Source of the DNA: Gammaproteobacteria bacterium
Lineage (GTDB): Bacteria > Pseudomonadota > Gammaproteobacteria > Acidiferrobacterales > SZUA-150
DNA: 64,000 nt
Reading direction: 5' to 3'
NCBI GenBank assembly: GCA_036986275.1
Contig: BTRG01000004.1
Location: forward strand, 981 to 64,980
In this document: piece after piece, positions 15,458 to 26,320 of the stretch
Numbering within the stretch: position 1 is the first letter of the stretch
Layout of the letters: each line of letters starts with the position of its first letter
The notes under the pieces: model-generated
What the model saw: only the letters and a program-made list of their open reading frames with translations
What the model was told of the DNA's origin: nothing
The model's database searches: none
Position numbers and translations under genes: made by a program

Positions 15458-15948
15458 GATTTTTTCTTGGCAGCCGTTTTACGTCTCACTGCCTTGTTGG
15501 CGGATTTTTTCTTGCTGGATCTTTTGGTGGTCTTCTTGGCGGATTTCTTTTTGGCTGTTTTTTTACCAGTTGATTTCTTTTTAGTGGCTTTGGGTCTTGC
15601 TCGGGAAGTCGATGCGGACTCGTCTATGGCTTTTGTGAAATGATCATCATTCCGAACATTCCACTCTGCATCGGCAAGACCACTGGAGATGTCATCGGTC
15701 AGCTTGCGCGATGTATCGGCGATGGTTTGATGCGTTTGCACCAGCTCTTCCTTCAACCGCCGCAGTTCGGCCAACTCGTCTGACTGTAACTGGTTATCGA
15801 GGTCCTGCTTGGCGCTGGCGATAAAACGACGGATGCGTCCCACCCACTGACCGGCAAAGCGTGCGGCCTCGGGCAAACGCTTGGGGCCCAGGACCACCAG
15901 GGCCAGTATGCCGATGAACGCTATTTCCCAAAAACCAATATCAAACAT
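15454..15948 (-). CDS. tatB: Twin-arginine translocase subunit TatB with a Lys-rich C-terminal tail
   Basis: MFDIGFWEIAFIGILALVVLGPKRLPEAAR is the TatA/B-type TM helix plus hinge. Sits between tatA and tatC. The last ~50 aa are about half Lys/Arg. Confidence 0.9.
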   Translation of the reverse strand: MFDIGFWEIAFIGILALVVLGPKRLPEAARFAGQWVGRIRRFIASAKQDLDNQLQSDELAELRRLKEELVQTHQTIADTSRKLTDDISSGLADAEWNVRNDDHFTKAIDESASTSRARPKATKKKSTGKKTAKKKSAKKTTKRSSKKKSANKAVRRKTAAKKKS

Positions 15949-15992
15949 GGAGTGCGCTCAAGGCGTATTTGCAATCGGGTTTAAGTCCCGAT

Positions 15993-16208
15993 CTAGCTGG
16001 ACGTCTTGTCCTCTTCTTTCTTGGTGACCTCGCCTTCAATCACATTACCTGTGTCAGCGGTATCCTTATTTTCATCCTTGACGGCCTTCTTGAAGTTCTT
16101 GATAGCGCCACCCACATCGCCACCCATATTGCGCAACTTCTTGGTGCCAAAAATTACAATCACAATCACCAGCACGATCACCAACTGCCAAATTCCGATA
16201 CCACCCAT
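15993..16208 (-). CDS. tatA: Twin-arginine translocase subunit TatA
   Basis: [29 protein letters not shown]; 71 aa; first gene of tatABC. Confidence 0.93.
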   Translation of the reverse strand: MGGIGIWQLVIVLVIVIVIFGTKKLRNMGGDVGGAIKNFKKAVKDENKDTADTGNVIEGEVTKKEEDKTSS

Positions 16209-16297
16209 ATCTCTTCTCCGTCCTGCTTAAATTAATTGAGTAATAAGTCTTCTCTCAGATCTGAATGACACTTACCTTAAGCGGTTTCATAATCAAT

Positions 16298-16414
16298 GTA
16301 GGGCGGGTTAGGCGCGCGGTTTGCGCCGTAACCCGCCAGATGTTCTCATTATAAATGCGTTGTGTTGCTGCGCAACGGTTGGTGGGTTACGCAATAAACG
16401 CTAACCCACCCTAC
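16298..16414. repeat. BIME-like unit: two inverted REP hairpins (GTAGGGYGGGTTA...TAACCCRCC family) with a small central hairpin
   Basis: 16298-16337 gtagggcgggttaggcgcgcggtttgcgccgtaacccgcc. 16381-16414 ggtgggttacgcaataaacgctaacccaccctac (inverted). Central hairpin gttgc-tgc-gcaac. Lies between hisE and tatA. Confidence 0.75.
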
Positions 16415-16441
16415 CTTGGCTTAAGTTAAGTGCCATTCCTC

Positions 16442-16783
16442 TCAGACCTCGCCTTTTCTGGCGGCCTTCTCTTCCAGACCCGACAGGCCAAAACGGCGTG
16501 ACAACTCCTTGAGTATGTCATCCGGTCCCAGACCTTGCTGCGCCAGCATCACCAGGGTGTGAAACCACAGGTCTGCTGTCTCATAAATAATCTGCTCCTT
16601 GTCGCCCGACTTGGCCGCGATCACCGTTTCGGTGGCTTCCTCACCGACCTTCTTTAATATGGTATCCAACCCCTTGTGATACAAGCTGGCCACATAAGAC
16701 GACTCCGGGCTGTGTGTCTTGCGCTCTTCCAGCACCCTTGCCAGGGCATTCAATACCTGCTCCGTGGCCACCTTGTCGTTCAC
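16442..16783 (-). CDS. hisE: Phosphoribosyl-ATP pyrophosphatase
   Basis: SYVA.L...[15 protein letters not shown]...........E.ADLWFH..V.L; 113 aa. 4-nt overlap with hisI. Confidence 0.93.
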   Translation of the reverse strand: MNDKVATEQVLNALARVLEERKTHSPESSYVASLYHKGLDTILKKVGEEATETVIAAKSGDKEQIIYETADLWFHTLVMLAQQGLGPDDILKELSRRFGLSGLEEKAARKGEV

Positions 16784-17169
16784 TTATAGATATCCTTTGC
16801 ATCCTTCAGGACCGGCTCCACATCCACCCAGCGACCGCCCTGCCACTGTCGATAGAAACAATGATGGCGCCCGGTGTGGCAGGCGATGCCGCCTTTTTGC
16901 TCCACCGTCAGCAGAATAACATCATTATCGCAGTCCAGCCGGATGTCCCGCACCACTTGCTCGTGGCCGGATTCCTCGCCTTTGCGCCACAGTTTCCGCC
17001 GTGACCGTGACCAATACACTGCCTTGCCCGTCGCCGCGGTCAGTTGCAAGGATTCGCGGTTCATCCAGGCCATCATCAGCACCTGACCGCTGCCGGCCTC
17101 CTGGGCAATGGCCGGCGCCAGGCCGTCGGCCATCCATTTTACATCATCCAGCCAATCTGTAGACACCAT
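16780..17169 (-). CDS. hisI: Phosphoribosyl-AMP cyclohydrolase
   Basis: GL.PAIAQ......VLM.AWMN.ESL..T...[41 protein letters not shown]. Confidence 0.93.
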   Translation of the reverse strand: MVSTDWLDDVKWMADGLAPAIAQEAGSGQVLMMAWMNRESLQLTAATGKAVYWSRSRRKLWRKGEESGHEQVVRDIRLDCDNDVILLTVEQKGGIACHTGRHHCFYRQWQGGRWVDVEPVLKDAKDIYK

Positions 17170-17188
17170 CGCCTCCGTAGTACCCGGA

Positions 17189-17959
17189 CTATTGCCGAAC
17201 CTCTATGCCGGCCCGGGCCATGCATTGCTTGGCCTCACCCACTGTATGCTCGCCAAAATGAAAAATGCTGGCCGCCAGCACCGCATCGGCATGACCCTCG
17301 GTCACGCCGGCAGCCAGATGCTCGAGATTGCCCACACCCCCGGATGTAATCACGGGAATACTCACAGCATCACAGACTGCGCGCGTCAGCGCCAGATCAA
17401 ACCCATCGCGGGTACCGTCCCTGTCCATACTGGTCAGCAGGATTTCACCGGCGCCATAATCGGTCATTTTCCTGGCCCACTCAATCGCATCGATGCCCGT
17501 AGGCTTGCGACCGCCGTGGGTGAAGATTTCCCAGCGCGGATGATCCCCGCCCTCTACTTGCTTGGCATCTATGGCCACAACAATGCACTGGGAACCAAAG
17601 TGATCGGCGGCTTCTTTGACAAATTCCGGGTTGAAGACCGCGGCGGTATTGATGGCCACCTTGTCGGCACCGGCATTCAACATGCGACGTATATCGTCGA
17701 CCCCGCGTATGCCACCGCCTACGGTCAACGGGATAAACACCTGCGCGGCGACGGCTTCCACCATGTGCACCATGGTCTCCCGATCATCCGAGCTGGCGGT
17801 GATATCCAGGAAGGTGATCTCGTCCGCACCCTGCTCATCATAACGACGCGCCACTTCCACCGGGTCACCGGCATCGCGGATATCAACGAACTGTATGCCC
17901 TTGACCACGCGACCGTTATCAACATCGAGGCAGGGAATAATACGTTTGGCCAGGCCCAT
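17189..17959 (-). CDS. hisF: Imidazole glycerol phosphate synthase, cyclase subunit
   Basis: [31 protein letters not shown]...GADE..FLDITAS; 256 aa. Confidence 0.96.
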   Translation of the reverse strand: MGLAKRIIPCLDVDNGRVVKGIQFVDIRDAGDPVEVARRYDEQGADEITFLDITASSDDRETMVHMVEAVAAQVFIPLTVGGGIRGVDDIRRMLNAGADKVAINTAAVFNPEFVKEAADHFGSQCIVVAIDAKQVEGGDHPRWEIFTHGGRKPTGIDAIEWARKMTDYGAGEILLTSMDRDGTRDGFDLALTRAVCDAVSIPVITSGGVGNLEHLAAGVTEGHADAVLAASIFHFGEHTVGEAKQCMARAGIEVRQ

Positions 17960-17973
17960 GCTAGTGTCTCGAC

Positions 17974-18714
17974 TCAGTCGCCGTGAAATTCATGGGCCAG
18001 TTTCTGGGCCTCGGCAAAGTCCAGCGTACCTTCATAAATGGCACGGCCGGTAATGGCGCCAATGATGCCTTCATCCGCGACTTCGCACAGCTTTCTGATG
18101 TCATCAATATCAGTAATACCACCGGAAGCGATCACCGGGATGGTAATCGCTTCTGCCAATTTCACCGTAGCGTCAATATTGACACCGGTCATCATGCCAT
18201 CACGACCGATATCCGTGTAGACAATGGCCTCGACGCCATCATTCTGAAAATGCCGCGCCAGGTCGATGACATCATGACCCGATAGCTTGGACCACCCATC
18301 TATGGCCACTTTGCCATCTTTGGCATCCAGACCAACAATAATATGCCCGGCAAACTCGGTACAGACATCGGAGACAAAGTGCGGGGCATTGACCGCCTTG
18401 GTGCCGAGAATGACATACTGCACTCCCGCATCGATATAGGCCTGTATGGTGTCTTCATCGCGTATGCCGCCACCGACCTGTATCGGCAAATCGGGATAGG
18501 TCTCGGCAATATCGTGTATCACATTGGCATTCATGGGCTTGCCTGCAAAGGCGCCATTGAGATCCACCAGATGCAGTCGCTTCGCTCCAGCCTTCTCCCA
18601 GCGCCCGGCCATGGCCACGGGGTCTTCAGAAAAAACGGTTTCATCTTCCATACGCCCCTGACGCAAACGCACACACTTGCCATCTTTAAGGTCTATCGCC
18701 GGTATGACTAACAT
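17974..18714 (-). CDS. hisA: 1-(5-phosphoribosyl)-5-[(5-phosphoribosylamino)methylideneamino]imidazole-4-carboxamide isomerase
   Basis: [19 protein letters not shown]......VFS.DP...A..W...[12 protein letters not shown]; 246 aa. Confidence 0.96.
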   Translation of the reverse strand: MLVIPAIDLKDGKCVRLRQGRMEDETVFSEDPVAMAGRWEKAGAKRLHLVDLNGAFAGKPMNANVIHDIAETYPDLPIQVGGGIRDEDTIQAYIDAGVQYVILGTKAVNAPHFVSDVCTEFAGHIIVGLDAKDGKVAIDGWSKLSGHDVIDLARHFQNDGVEAIVYTDIGRDGMMTGVNIDATVKLAEAITIPVIASGGITDIDDIRKLCEVADEGIIGAITGRAIYEGTLDFAEAQKLAHEFHGD

Positions 18715-18723
18715 GACTCCCTC

Positions 18724-19368
18724 TCAAGGTTCTCCATTCCAGGTTACAAAATTGGCCAGTAATTGCAGGCCTGCATGTTGACTCTTCTCGGGATGAAATT
18801 GTACGGCAAAAATATTCTCACGCGCCGCCGCTGAGGTAAACTCGATGCCATAGTGGGTCTTGCCGGCCACCAGCTTGTCATCGCGGCTGTCCACATAATA
18901 ACTGTGGACAAAATAGAAGCGCGCATCCTGATCTATGCCCTGCCAAAGCGGGTGCTCACAAGTCTGATACACCTGGTTCCAGCCCATGTGCGGGACCTTG
19001 AGTGGCAGGCCTTGCCCATCCTGCATAGAGCCGGCAAAGCGTTTAACGACACCGGGCAATACGCCCAGACCCGGCGTACCGCCGCCCTCTTCACTGGATT
19101 CATAGAGCGCCTGCAGACCCAGGCAAATGCCGAGAAAGGGCTTGCTGGCCATGGTTTCGTGCAAGACATCGACCAAGCCTTTTTCTCGCAAGGCCCGCTG
19201 GCAGCCGACAATGGCGCCCTGACCCGGAAACACTACTCGGTCGGCCGCGCGGATGGCCCCGGCGGCACTCGTCAACACAACGCGCATCTTGTCATCCACA
19301 TGCTCAATAGCCTTGCAGACGGAACGCAGGTTGCCCATTCCGTAATCGATCACGGCAACGGTAGTCAT
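18724..19368 (-). CDS. hisH: Imidazole glycerol phosphate synthase, glutaminase subunit
   Basis: Start reassigned to MTTVAVIDYGMGNLRSV, since the ORF-track start at 19512 would overlap hisB. Has the GICLG nucleophile motif and the C-terminal FHPEKS. Confidence 0.93.
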   Translation of the reverse strand: MTTVAVIDYGMGNLRSVCKAIEHVDDKMRVVLTSAAGAIRAADRVVFPGQGAIVGCQRALREKGLVDVLHETMASKPFLGICLGLQALYESSEEGGGTPGLGVLPGVVKRFAGSMQDGQGLPLKVPHMGWNQVYQTCEHPLWQGIDQDARFYFVHSYYVDSRDDKLVAGKTHYGIEFTSAAARENIFAVQFHPEKSQHAGLQLLANFVTWNGEP

Positions 19369-19387
19369 GGTCTCGTGCTCTGCTGGT

Positions 19388-19981
19388 TTACAGACTGCCT
19401 TTGGTCGAAGGGATGACACCCGCCATGCGTGCATCGGGCTCCAGCGCCATGCGCAGGGCACGGCCGAAGGCCTTGAAAATAGTCTCGGCAATATGATGCG
19501 CATTGTGACCACGCAGGCAATCCACGTGCACCGTAGTCAGGGCGTGATTACAAAAACCCTGGAAGAACTCGACTACCAGGTCGACATCGAACTCACCGAT
19601 GCGGGCGCGCGGGTAACTGACCTCGTATTCCAGGCCGGGGCGGCCCGAGAAGTCTATAACCACGCGACTCAAGGCCTCGTCCAACGGTACATAGGCATGG
19701 CCGTATCGCTTGATGCCTTTTTTGTCGCCCACGGCCTGGGCCATGGCCTGACCCAGGGTGATGCCGATATCCTCCACCGTGTGATGGGCGTCGATGTGCA
19801 GATCACCCTTGGCCTGGATTTCCAAATCGATTAATCCATGACGGGCGATTTGCTCCAGCATGTGATCCAGAAACGGGACACCGGTCTCGATACTGGATTT
19901 GCCTTCCCCGTCCAGATCGACACTGACAGTGATTTGGGTTTCATTGGTCGCGTGTTTGACGCTGGCTTTACGGGCGGACAC
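19388..19981 (-). CDS. hisB: Imidazoleglycerol-phosphate dehydratase (monofunctional)
   Basis: R.T.ET.I.V...LDG......TG..FLDHML.Q.A.HG..DL...A.GDL.ID.HHT.ED.GI.LG; 197 aa. Confidence 0.95.
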   Translation of the reverse strand: MSARKASVKHATNETQITVSVDLDGEGKSSIETGVPFLDHMLEQIARHGLIDLEIQAKGDLHIDAHHTVEDIGITLGQAMAQAVGDKKGIKRYGHAYVPLDEALSRVVIDFSGRPGLEYEVSYPRARIGEFDVDLVVEFFQGFCNHALTTVHVDCLRGHNAHHIAETIFKAFGRALRMALEPDARMAGVIPSTKGSL

Positions 19982-20070
19982 GGGAGACTTCCTCGGTGGG
20001 TTTTGTGGTTTAGTCCAGATAACTTTCGATGGTAGGATATTACCAGAACGCCTGCCTGATAACAGTCTCC

Positions 20071-21156
20071 CTAAACCAAATCACCCAACGCCTTTAAAAA
20101 GGCATCATTCTCTTCGGGAGTGCCCACGGTCACTCGCAAGCACCCTGCAAGCGCAGGCTGCGCATGACTGAGATTTTTTATCAGGATCCCGGCCTGCTTC
20201 AGGCCTTCGAAGACATCATCGGCATTACTCTGCAATGGACGGAACAGAATAAAGTTCGCATCACTGGGCCATACCTTAATAATGGGCAATGCAGACATCG
20301 CAGCCAATAGACGCTGACGTTGCTGTTTGATTTGCGTGGTCTGGATTAACAAAAAATCCTGCTGTCCGAGTATCATCTCGGCACTGGCCTGGGTCAGGCT
20401 GTTGATGTTATAGGGCAGTCGCACTTTGTCGAATTCCGTGAGCCATTCGGCATCACCGACCAGCAGACCCAGACGCAAACCCGCCAGACCCAGCTTGGAT
20501 AGCGTGCGCATGACCACAACATTGTCCCACCGTCCCAACTGGGGGACGAAACTCTGATCGGCAAAGGCATGATAGGCCTCGTCGATCACTACCAGGCCCG
20601 GCGCCGCCTTGATAACGGCTTCTACATCATCGACAGCGAACAGGTTAGCGGTGGGATTATTGGGATAGGCCAGAAAGATCACGGCCGGTTGGTGTTCGGC
20701 GATGGCGGCGAGCATGGCTCCGCGATCCAAGGCAAAGTCATCTGCCCGCAACGGTACGCCCACAAACTCCATACCGACAAAGGTTGCTGTCATGGCATAC
20801 ATGACAAAGGTCGGGTCCGGCGCCATGACCCTGGCACCGGCTGTGGCCAGCGCCATCAATATTATCTGTATCAATTCATCGGAACCGTTACCCAGCAGGA
20901 CGGCCTGGTCCGCCGGCAGTGCCATGGCCTGGCGCAGCCGCGCCGTCAACCGGCGCGCCGCCGGGTCGGGATAGCGATTGACCTCGACTGACTGCAGGGT
21001 TTGCAGCCATTGCTGTTTGATATCCTCGGGCCAGGGATAGGGGTTCTCCATGGCGTCGAGCTTGATCAGGTTCTGTGGATCGGTCACGCCATAGGCCTTG
21101 AGTGCTCGAATCTCGGGACGGACGAGTTGTTCTATGCGTTTGCTGATGTCGGCCAT
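20071..21156 (-). CDS. hisC: Histidinol-phosphate aminotransferase
   Basis: Start reassigned to [23 protein letters not shown]. Class-II aminotransferase with the TLSK PLP-lysine region ([17 protein letters not shown]). Confidence 0.9.
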   Translation of the reverse strand: MADISKRIEQLVRPEIRALKAYGVTDPQNLIKLDAMENPYPWPEDIKQQWLQTLQSVEVNRYPDPAARRLTARLRQAMALPADQAVLLGNGSDELIQIILMALATAGARVMAPDPTFVMYAMTATFVGMEFVGVPLRADDFALDRGAMLAAIAEHQPAVIFLAYPNNPTANLFAVDDVEAVIKAAPGLVVIDEAYHAFADQSFVPQLGRWDNVVVMRTLSKLGLAGLRLGLLVGDAEWLTEFDKVRLPYNINSLTQASAEMILGQQDFLLIQTTQIKQQRQRLLAAMSALPIIKVWPSDANFILFRPLQSNADDVFEGLKQAGILIKNLSHAQPALAGCLRVTVGTPEENDAFLKALGDLV

Positions 21157-21360
21157 TATGTATAAAGAAGTTAATATCCCCTCATCCCTGCACTCCAGAA
21201 CCGCCTGCGGCGTTTCCCCTAGAATCTCTTCGAGCTTCATTAGGGATTTCCTGATCTTGCTCCGCAAGCTCTGGTCACATTAAGTACTTTCTGCGCTCCG
21301 CTCCGGTCGCCTTCTACCCAACACCACTGCGGGCACTATGTCCCGAAGGGAGGAAGAAAC

Positions 21361-21383
21361 TGGTGGGCAATGCCCACCCTACC
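21361..21383. repeat. REP hairpin (GGTAGGGTGGGCATTGCCCACC family) inside the hisD-hisC spacer
   Basis: tggtgggcaatgcccaccctacc, with an 8-bp stem ggtgggca/tgcccacc. Same GTAGGGTGGG head as the 16.3-kb elements. Confidence 0.7.
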
Positions 21384-21405
21384 TGGCTTGTACTCACGGG
21401 GGCGG

Positions 21406-22713
21406 TTAGCCCTTGATGCGGTATTCCGCCGAGTTGGCGTGGGCCGTCAGGCCTTCGCCATGGGCCAGCACCGAGGCGGTGCGCCCTAGGGTATCGGCGC
21501 CGTCGGCAGAGCACATAATCAGGCTGCTGCGCTTCTGAAAATCGTAGACACCCAGCGGTGAGCTGAAACGCGCGGTCCCGGCCGTGGGCAGGACATGGCT
21601 GGGACCGGCACAGTAATCGCCCAGGGCTTCAGCGGTATAGCGGCCCATGAAGATGGCGCCGGCATGCTTGACCTGTTCAACCCATGCGCGCGGGTCTTCG
21701 ACCGACAGCTCCAAGTGTTCCGGTGCAATGCGATTGACCAACGCCATGGTTTCATCCATATCACGGGTGACGATAATGGCACCACGACTTTCCAATGAGG
21801 CCCGAATAATATCCCGGCGTGGTTGTCCGTCTAACAATTTTTCCATAGCCGCTTGCACCCGTTTTGCGAAGGCGGCATCCGGCGTCAATAACATGGACTG
21901 TGACAACTCGTCGTGCTCGGCCTGGGAGAATAAATCCATGGCCACCCAGTCGGGCTGGGTTTGGCCATCACAGACCACGGCGATCTCCGATGGTCCGGCG
22001 ATCATGTCGATATCCACTTGTCCGAAGACCATGCGTTTGGCCGTGGCCACATAGATATTACCCGGGCCAACAATTTTATCCACTCGCGGCACGGTGTCAG
22101 TACCATAGGCCATGGCCGCAACGGCCTGCGCACCCCCGACCGCAAAGACCCGGTCGACACCGGCAATGTGGGCGGCGGCCAACACCATGTCGTTGACCTC
22201 ACCGCCGGGCATGGGCACGGTCATGATCAATTCCTGAACCCCCGCCACCTTGGCCGGTAACGCGCTCATCAATACCGACGAAGGATAGGCCGCCTTGCCA
22301 CCCGGTACATAGAGTCCCACGCGTTCCAGGGGTGTGACCCGTTGACCCAGCAGCGTGCCATCGGCCTCTTCGTATTCCCAGGAGTCTGTTTGCTGGTGCT
22401 GGTGATAGCTGCGTACACGCTCGGCGGCGGCCTGCAGTGCGCATCGCCGATCTTCATCAACAACCTTGAATGCGGCCTTGAGACGTTCAGCGGAAATCTC
22501 CAGCTCGGCAGCGGTGTTGGCCGGTGATTGATCAAGCTGTTGGCTGTATTCCAGCAAGGCCTGGTCGCCATGCTTGCGAACGGCGGCAATAATATCGTGC
22601 ACGATGGTGCTGACATCGGGGTCCTCACCCTGGTTGCGTTCCAGTAATTGCGTGAAGGCCACCTCAAAACCGCTATCCGCGGTTTGCAGCGTTGTGATGG
22701 CCAGCCGGCTCAT
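21406..22713 (-). CDS. hisD: Histidinol dehydrogenase
   Basis: 435 aa with conserved blocks ([41 protein letters not shown]). 4-nt overlap with hisG. Confidence 0.96.
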   Translation of the reverse strand: MSRLAITTLQTADSGFEVAFTQLLERNQGEDPDVSTIVHDIIAAVRKHGDQALLEYSQQLDQSPANTAAELEISAERLKAAFKVVDEDRRCALQAAAERVRSYHQHQQTDSWEYEEADGTLLGQRVTPLERVGLYVPGGKAAYPSSVLMSALPAKVAGVQELIMTVPMPGGEVNDMVLAAAHIAGVDRVFAVGGAQAVAAMAYGTDTVPRVDKIVGPGNIYVATAKRMVFGQVDIDMIAGPSEIAVVCDGQTQPDWVAMDLFSQAEHDELSQSMLLTPDAAFAKRVQAAMEKLLDGQPRRDIIRASLESRGAIIVTRDMDETMALVNRIAPEHLELSVEDPRAWVEQVKHAGAIFMGRYTAEALGDYCAGPSHVLPTAGTARFSSPLGVYDFQKRSSLIMCSADGADTLGRTASVLAHGEGLTAHANSAEYRIKG

Positions 22714-23363
22714 GATGATGCGCTGACGGCTTGCTCTAGTTGTGCCACCAGGGTCTTCAGTTTCTGGTACTTCATTTTCATGGAGGCCTTGTTGGCCACC
22801 AGCCAGGAACTGATATCCGCGATATGCTCAACCTCCACCAGACCATTGGCCTTGAGCGTGGCGCCGGTGCTGACGAGATCGACGATGCGATCCGACAGAC
22901 CCACCAGGGGCGCCAGCTCCATGGAGCCATAGAGCTTGATGATGTCGGTCTGTATACCTTTGGCGGCAAAGTGGCGGCGGGCAATATTGACGTACTTGGT
23001 GGCAATGCGCAGCCGGGTCCAGGCCCTGGGGTCATCTTCACTGGCGAGCTGCTCCGGTTCGGCCACCATCAAACGGCAGCGGGCAATCTTTAAGTCCAGT
23101 AACTCATAAAGATCATCACCATTATATTCCATCAAGACATCTTTACCGGACACACCCAGATCGGCGGCGCCATACTGTACATAGGTCGGCACATCGGTGG
23201 CACGGATGATCGTAAGCGTCACATCCGGATCGCTGGTATCAAAAATCAGCTTGCGACTCCTGGCTGGGTCCTGCAACGGTTCTATACCGGCCTGTGCCAA
23301 CAATGGCAGGCTGTCATCGAGTATGCGCCCCTTGGACAAAGCAATATTGATTTTAGTAGACAT
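22710..23363 (-). CDS. hisG: ATP phosphoribosyltransferase, short form (217 aa)
   Basis: INIALSKGR......PLL..AGI...........KL......D.....IRA.DVPTYV..GAADLG.SGKD.L.E. Lacks the ~80-aa C-terminal regulatory domain of long-form HisG. Confidence 0.93.
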   Translation of the reverse strand: MSTKINIALSKGRILDDSLPLLAQAGIEPLQDPARSRKLIFDTSDPDVTLTIIRATDVPTYVQYGAADLGVSGKDVLMEYNGDDLYELLDLKIARCRLMVAEPEQLASEDDPRAWTRLRIATKYVNIARRHFAAKGIQTDIIKLYGSMELAPLVGLSDRIVDLVSTGATLKANGLVEVEHIADISSWLVANKASMKMKYQKLKTLVAQLEQAVSASS

Positions 23364-23402
23364 GATTGGCCGTACTGAAAAAGTTACGTGCTAAATGAAG
23401 AC

Positions 23403-24722
<1,320 letters not shown>

Positions 24723-24761
24723 TCAGGGGCCGAATAGTAGCGGTTTATGGGAAAAAGGGCC

Positions 24762-24792
24762 AAAAAAAACAGGGCCGCCGTTGGCGACCCTG
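24762..24792 (-). terminator. Rho-independent terminator downstream of grxD
   Basis: Minus strand reads CAGGGTCGCC-AAC-GGCGGCCCTG (10-bp stem with one G-U pair) followed by TTTTTTTT. The mismatch becomes C-A on the plus strand, so the hairpin is oriented for the minus strand. Confidence 0.8.
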
Positions 24793-24820
24793 TCGTGACC
24801 TGCCTATCGGGGTCATTGCC

Positions 24821-25153
24821 TTAGCCCTGGGTATCGGCCACCATTTTCTGTAATTCACCCTTCTGAAACATCTCCACCATGATGTCACACCCGCCCACGA
24901 ACTGGCCGTTGATATAAAGCTGCGGGATGGTGGGCCAATTTGAAAAGTCCTTGATCCCCTGGCGAATTTCGGGATCGGCCAGGACATCAACGGAAGCAAA
25001 CTCGGTCTCGCAGGTTTGCAGGATTTGCACGGCCTGTCCCGAAAATCCGCATTGCGGAAATTGTGGCGTGCCCTTCATATACAGCATGACGGTACTGGAA
25101 CCGATTTGCTCTTTAATTTTATCTTCAACACTAATTTTATCTTCAACACTCAT
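24821..25153 (-). CDS. grxD: Monothiol (Grx4-type) glutaredoxin
   Basis: VMLYMKGTPQFPQCGFSGQAVQIL (CGFS active site) and WPTIPQLYINGQFVGGCDI. Confidence 0.93.
   Translation of the reverse strand: MSVEDKISVEDKIKEQIGSSTVMLYMKGTPQFPQCGFSGQAVQILQTCETEFASVDVLADPEIRQGIKDFSNWPTIPQLYINGQFVGGCDIMVEMFQKGELQKMVADTQG
25115..25150. repeat. Perfect 18-bp tandem duplication at the 5' end of grxD (encodes SVEDKI-SVEDKI)
   Basis: aattttatcttcaacact occurs twice back to back (25115-25132 and 25133-25150). In frame. Confidence 0.9.
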
Positions 25154-25202
25154 TCTTCACTTCCTCTCGTTATATCTTGTCTGACCCGCCGGTAAATCTG
25201 AT

Positions 25203-25433
25203 TCAGGCGGACTCTTCCGGCACCAGTGTGCTCATCGACAAGGCATGGATTTCTGCCTGCATCTTGTTACCCAGGGCCTGGTATACCAGTTGATGCTGTT
25301 GCACTATAGTCTTGCCCTCAAACTGAGGGCAGACAATAACGGCCTCAAAATGATGGCCATCACCCTCGACAGAGGCCTGGGAATCACTCAGGCCCGCCTC
25401 TATCCATTCCTTGATTTGTTCCGGGGTCACCAT
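25203..25433 (-). CDS. ibaG: BolA-family protein (IbaG/YrbA type)
   Basis: 76 aa with GDG.HF...IV...F.GK..V..H..VY. Sits at the conserved position between the mla cluster and murA. Confidence 0.85.
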   Translation of the reverse strand: MVTPEQIKEWIEAGLSDSQASVEGDGHHFEAVIVCPQFEGKTIVQQHQLVYQALGNKMQAEIHALSMSTLVPEESA

Positions 25434-25558
25434 AACGACTTTATATAAGGTCTGCTGTCACAAATGCAAGACCGGGGCCGGCATTTACACCCTGAGCTTG
25501 TAGGAGTTCTTGTTTGGCCCAAACCGGAAAGGCCTGTCAGATTCTGTCTTGATATAGT

Positions 25559-26320
25559 CTAGTTACGCAGGCGATACCCTTTGTTCAGCAGAGTCACCGT
25601 TGACACCGCCAGAATGACCAGGCTGAGACTGACAATGCTCAAGCTGAACAGGGGATGCACATCGGACTGACCAAAAAAACCGTAGCGAAAGCCATCTATC
25701 ATGTAGAAGAAGGGATTGAGACGGGACAACCCTTGCCAGAAAGGCGGTAACGAATCGACGGAATAAAATACGCCGCTTAAAAAAGACAACGGCATGATAA
25801 CAAAATTCTGGAACCCCGCTAATTGGTCAAACTTCTCCGCCCAAATGCCCGCCACCATGCCCAGAGTGCCCATGGCGGCACTGCCCAGCAAAGCAAACAG
25901 AAACAACACCCAGACACTGTGAAGGGGCAAGGGCACAAAGAACCAGGCGGCGACATAGACTCCCAGGGCGACCACCACACCGCGCACCACGGCCGCGCCG
26001 ACAAAGGCCAGAAAGAATTCCAGGTAAGACAAGGGTGCCAACAACACAAAAACAATATTGCCTGTTAGCTTGGACTGGATAATGCTGGACGATGTATTGG
26101 CAAAGGCATTTTGTATCAGCGACATCATCATCAGGCCGGGGATCAGGAAAGCAGTGTAGGACACGCCATCAAAGACCTCAACGCGCGACTCCAGTACATG
26201 GGCAAAGACCAGCAAATACAACAACGCCGTGATAACGGGCGCCAGCAAGGTCTGCCAGGCCACCTTGGTAAAGCGCAGCATCTCCTTATAAAAGAGCGTA
26301 TAGAATCCACGCAATCTCAT
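25559..26320 (-). CDS. ABC-2 type transporter permease (YadH-like)
   Basis: 253 aa with six hydrophobic segments. 4-nt overlap with the upstream ABC ATPase gene. Confidence 0.8.
   Translation of the reverse strand: MRLRGFYTLFYKEMLRFTKVAWQTLLAPVITALLYLLVFAHVLESRVEVFDGVSYTAFLIPGLMMMSLIQNAFANTSSSIIQSKLTGNIVFVLLAPLSYLEFFLAFVGAAVVRGVVVALGVYVAAWFFVPLPLHSVWVLFLFALLGSAAMGTLGMVAGIWAEKFDQLAGFQNFVIMPLSFLSGVFYSVDSLPPFWQGLSRLNPFFYMIDGFRYGFFGQSDVHPLFSLSIVSLSLVILAVSTVTLLNKGYRLRN

Noticed and set aside
16418-16436. Sigma-54-like TGGCAC on the minus strand upstream of tatA
   Set aside because: The -12 element is missing: TGGCAC-ttaac-TTAAG, with no GC at the GG+10 spacing. The string is part of the region flanking a REP element.
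17108-17986. 292-aa plus-strand ORF covering all of hisF
   Set aside because: It is an antisense shadow ORF of a GC-rich, strongly conserved gene. The translation is Gly/His/Arg/Ala-rich with no recognisable motifs. The hisF identity on the minus strand is unambiguous.
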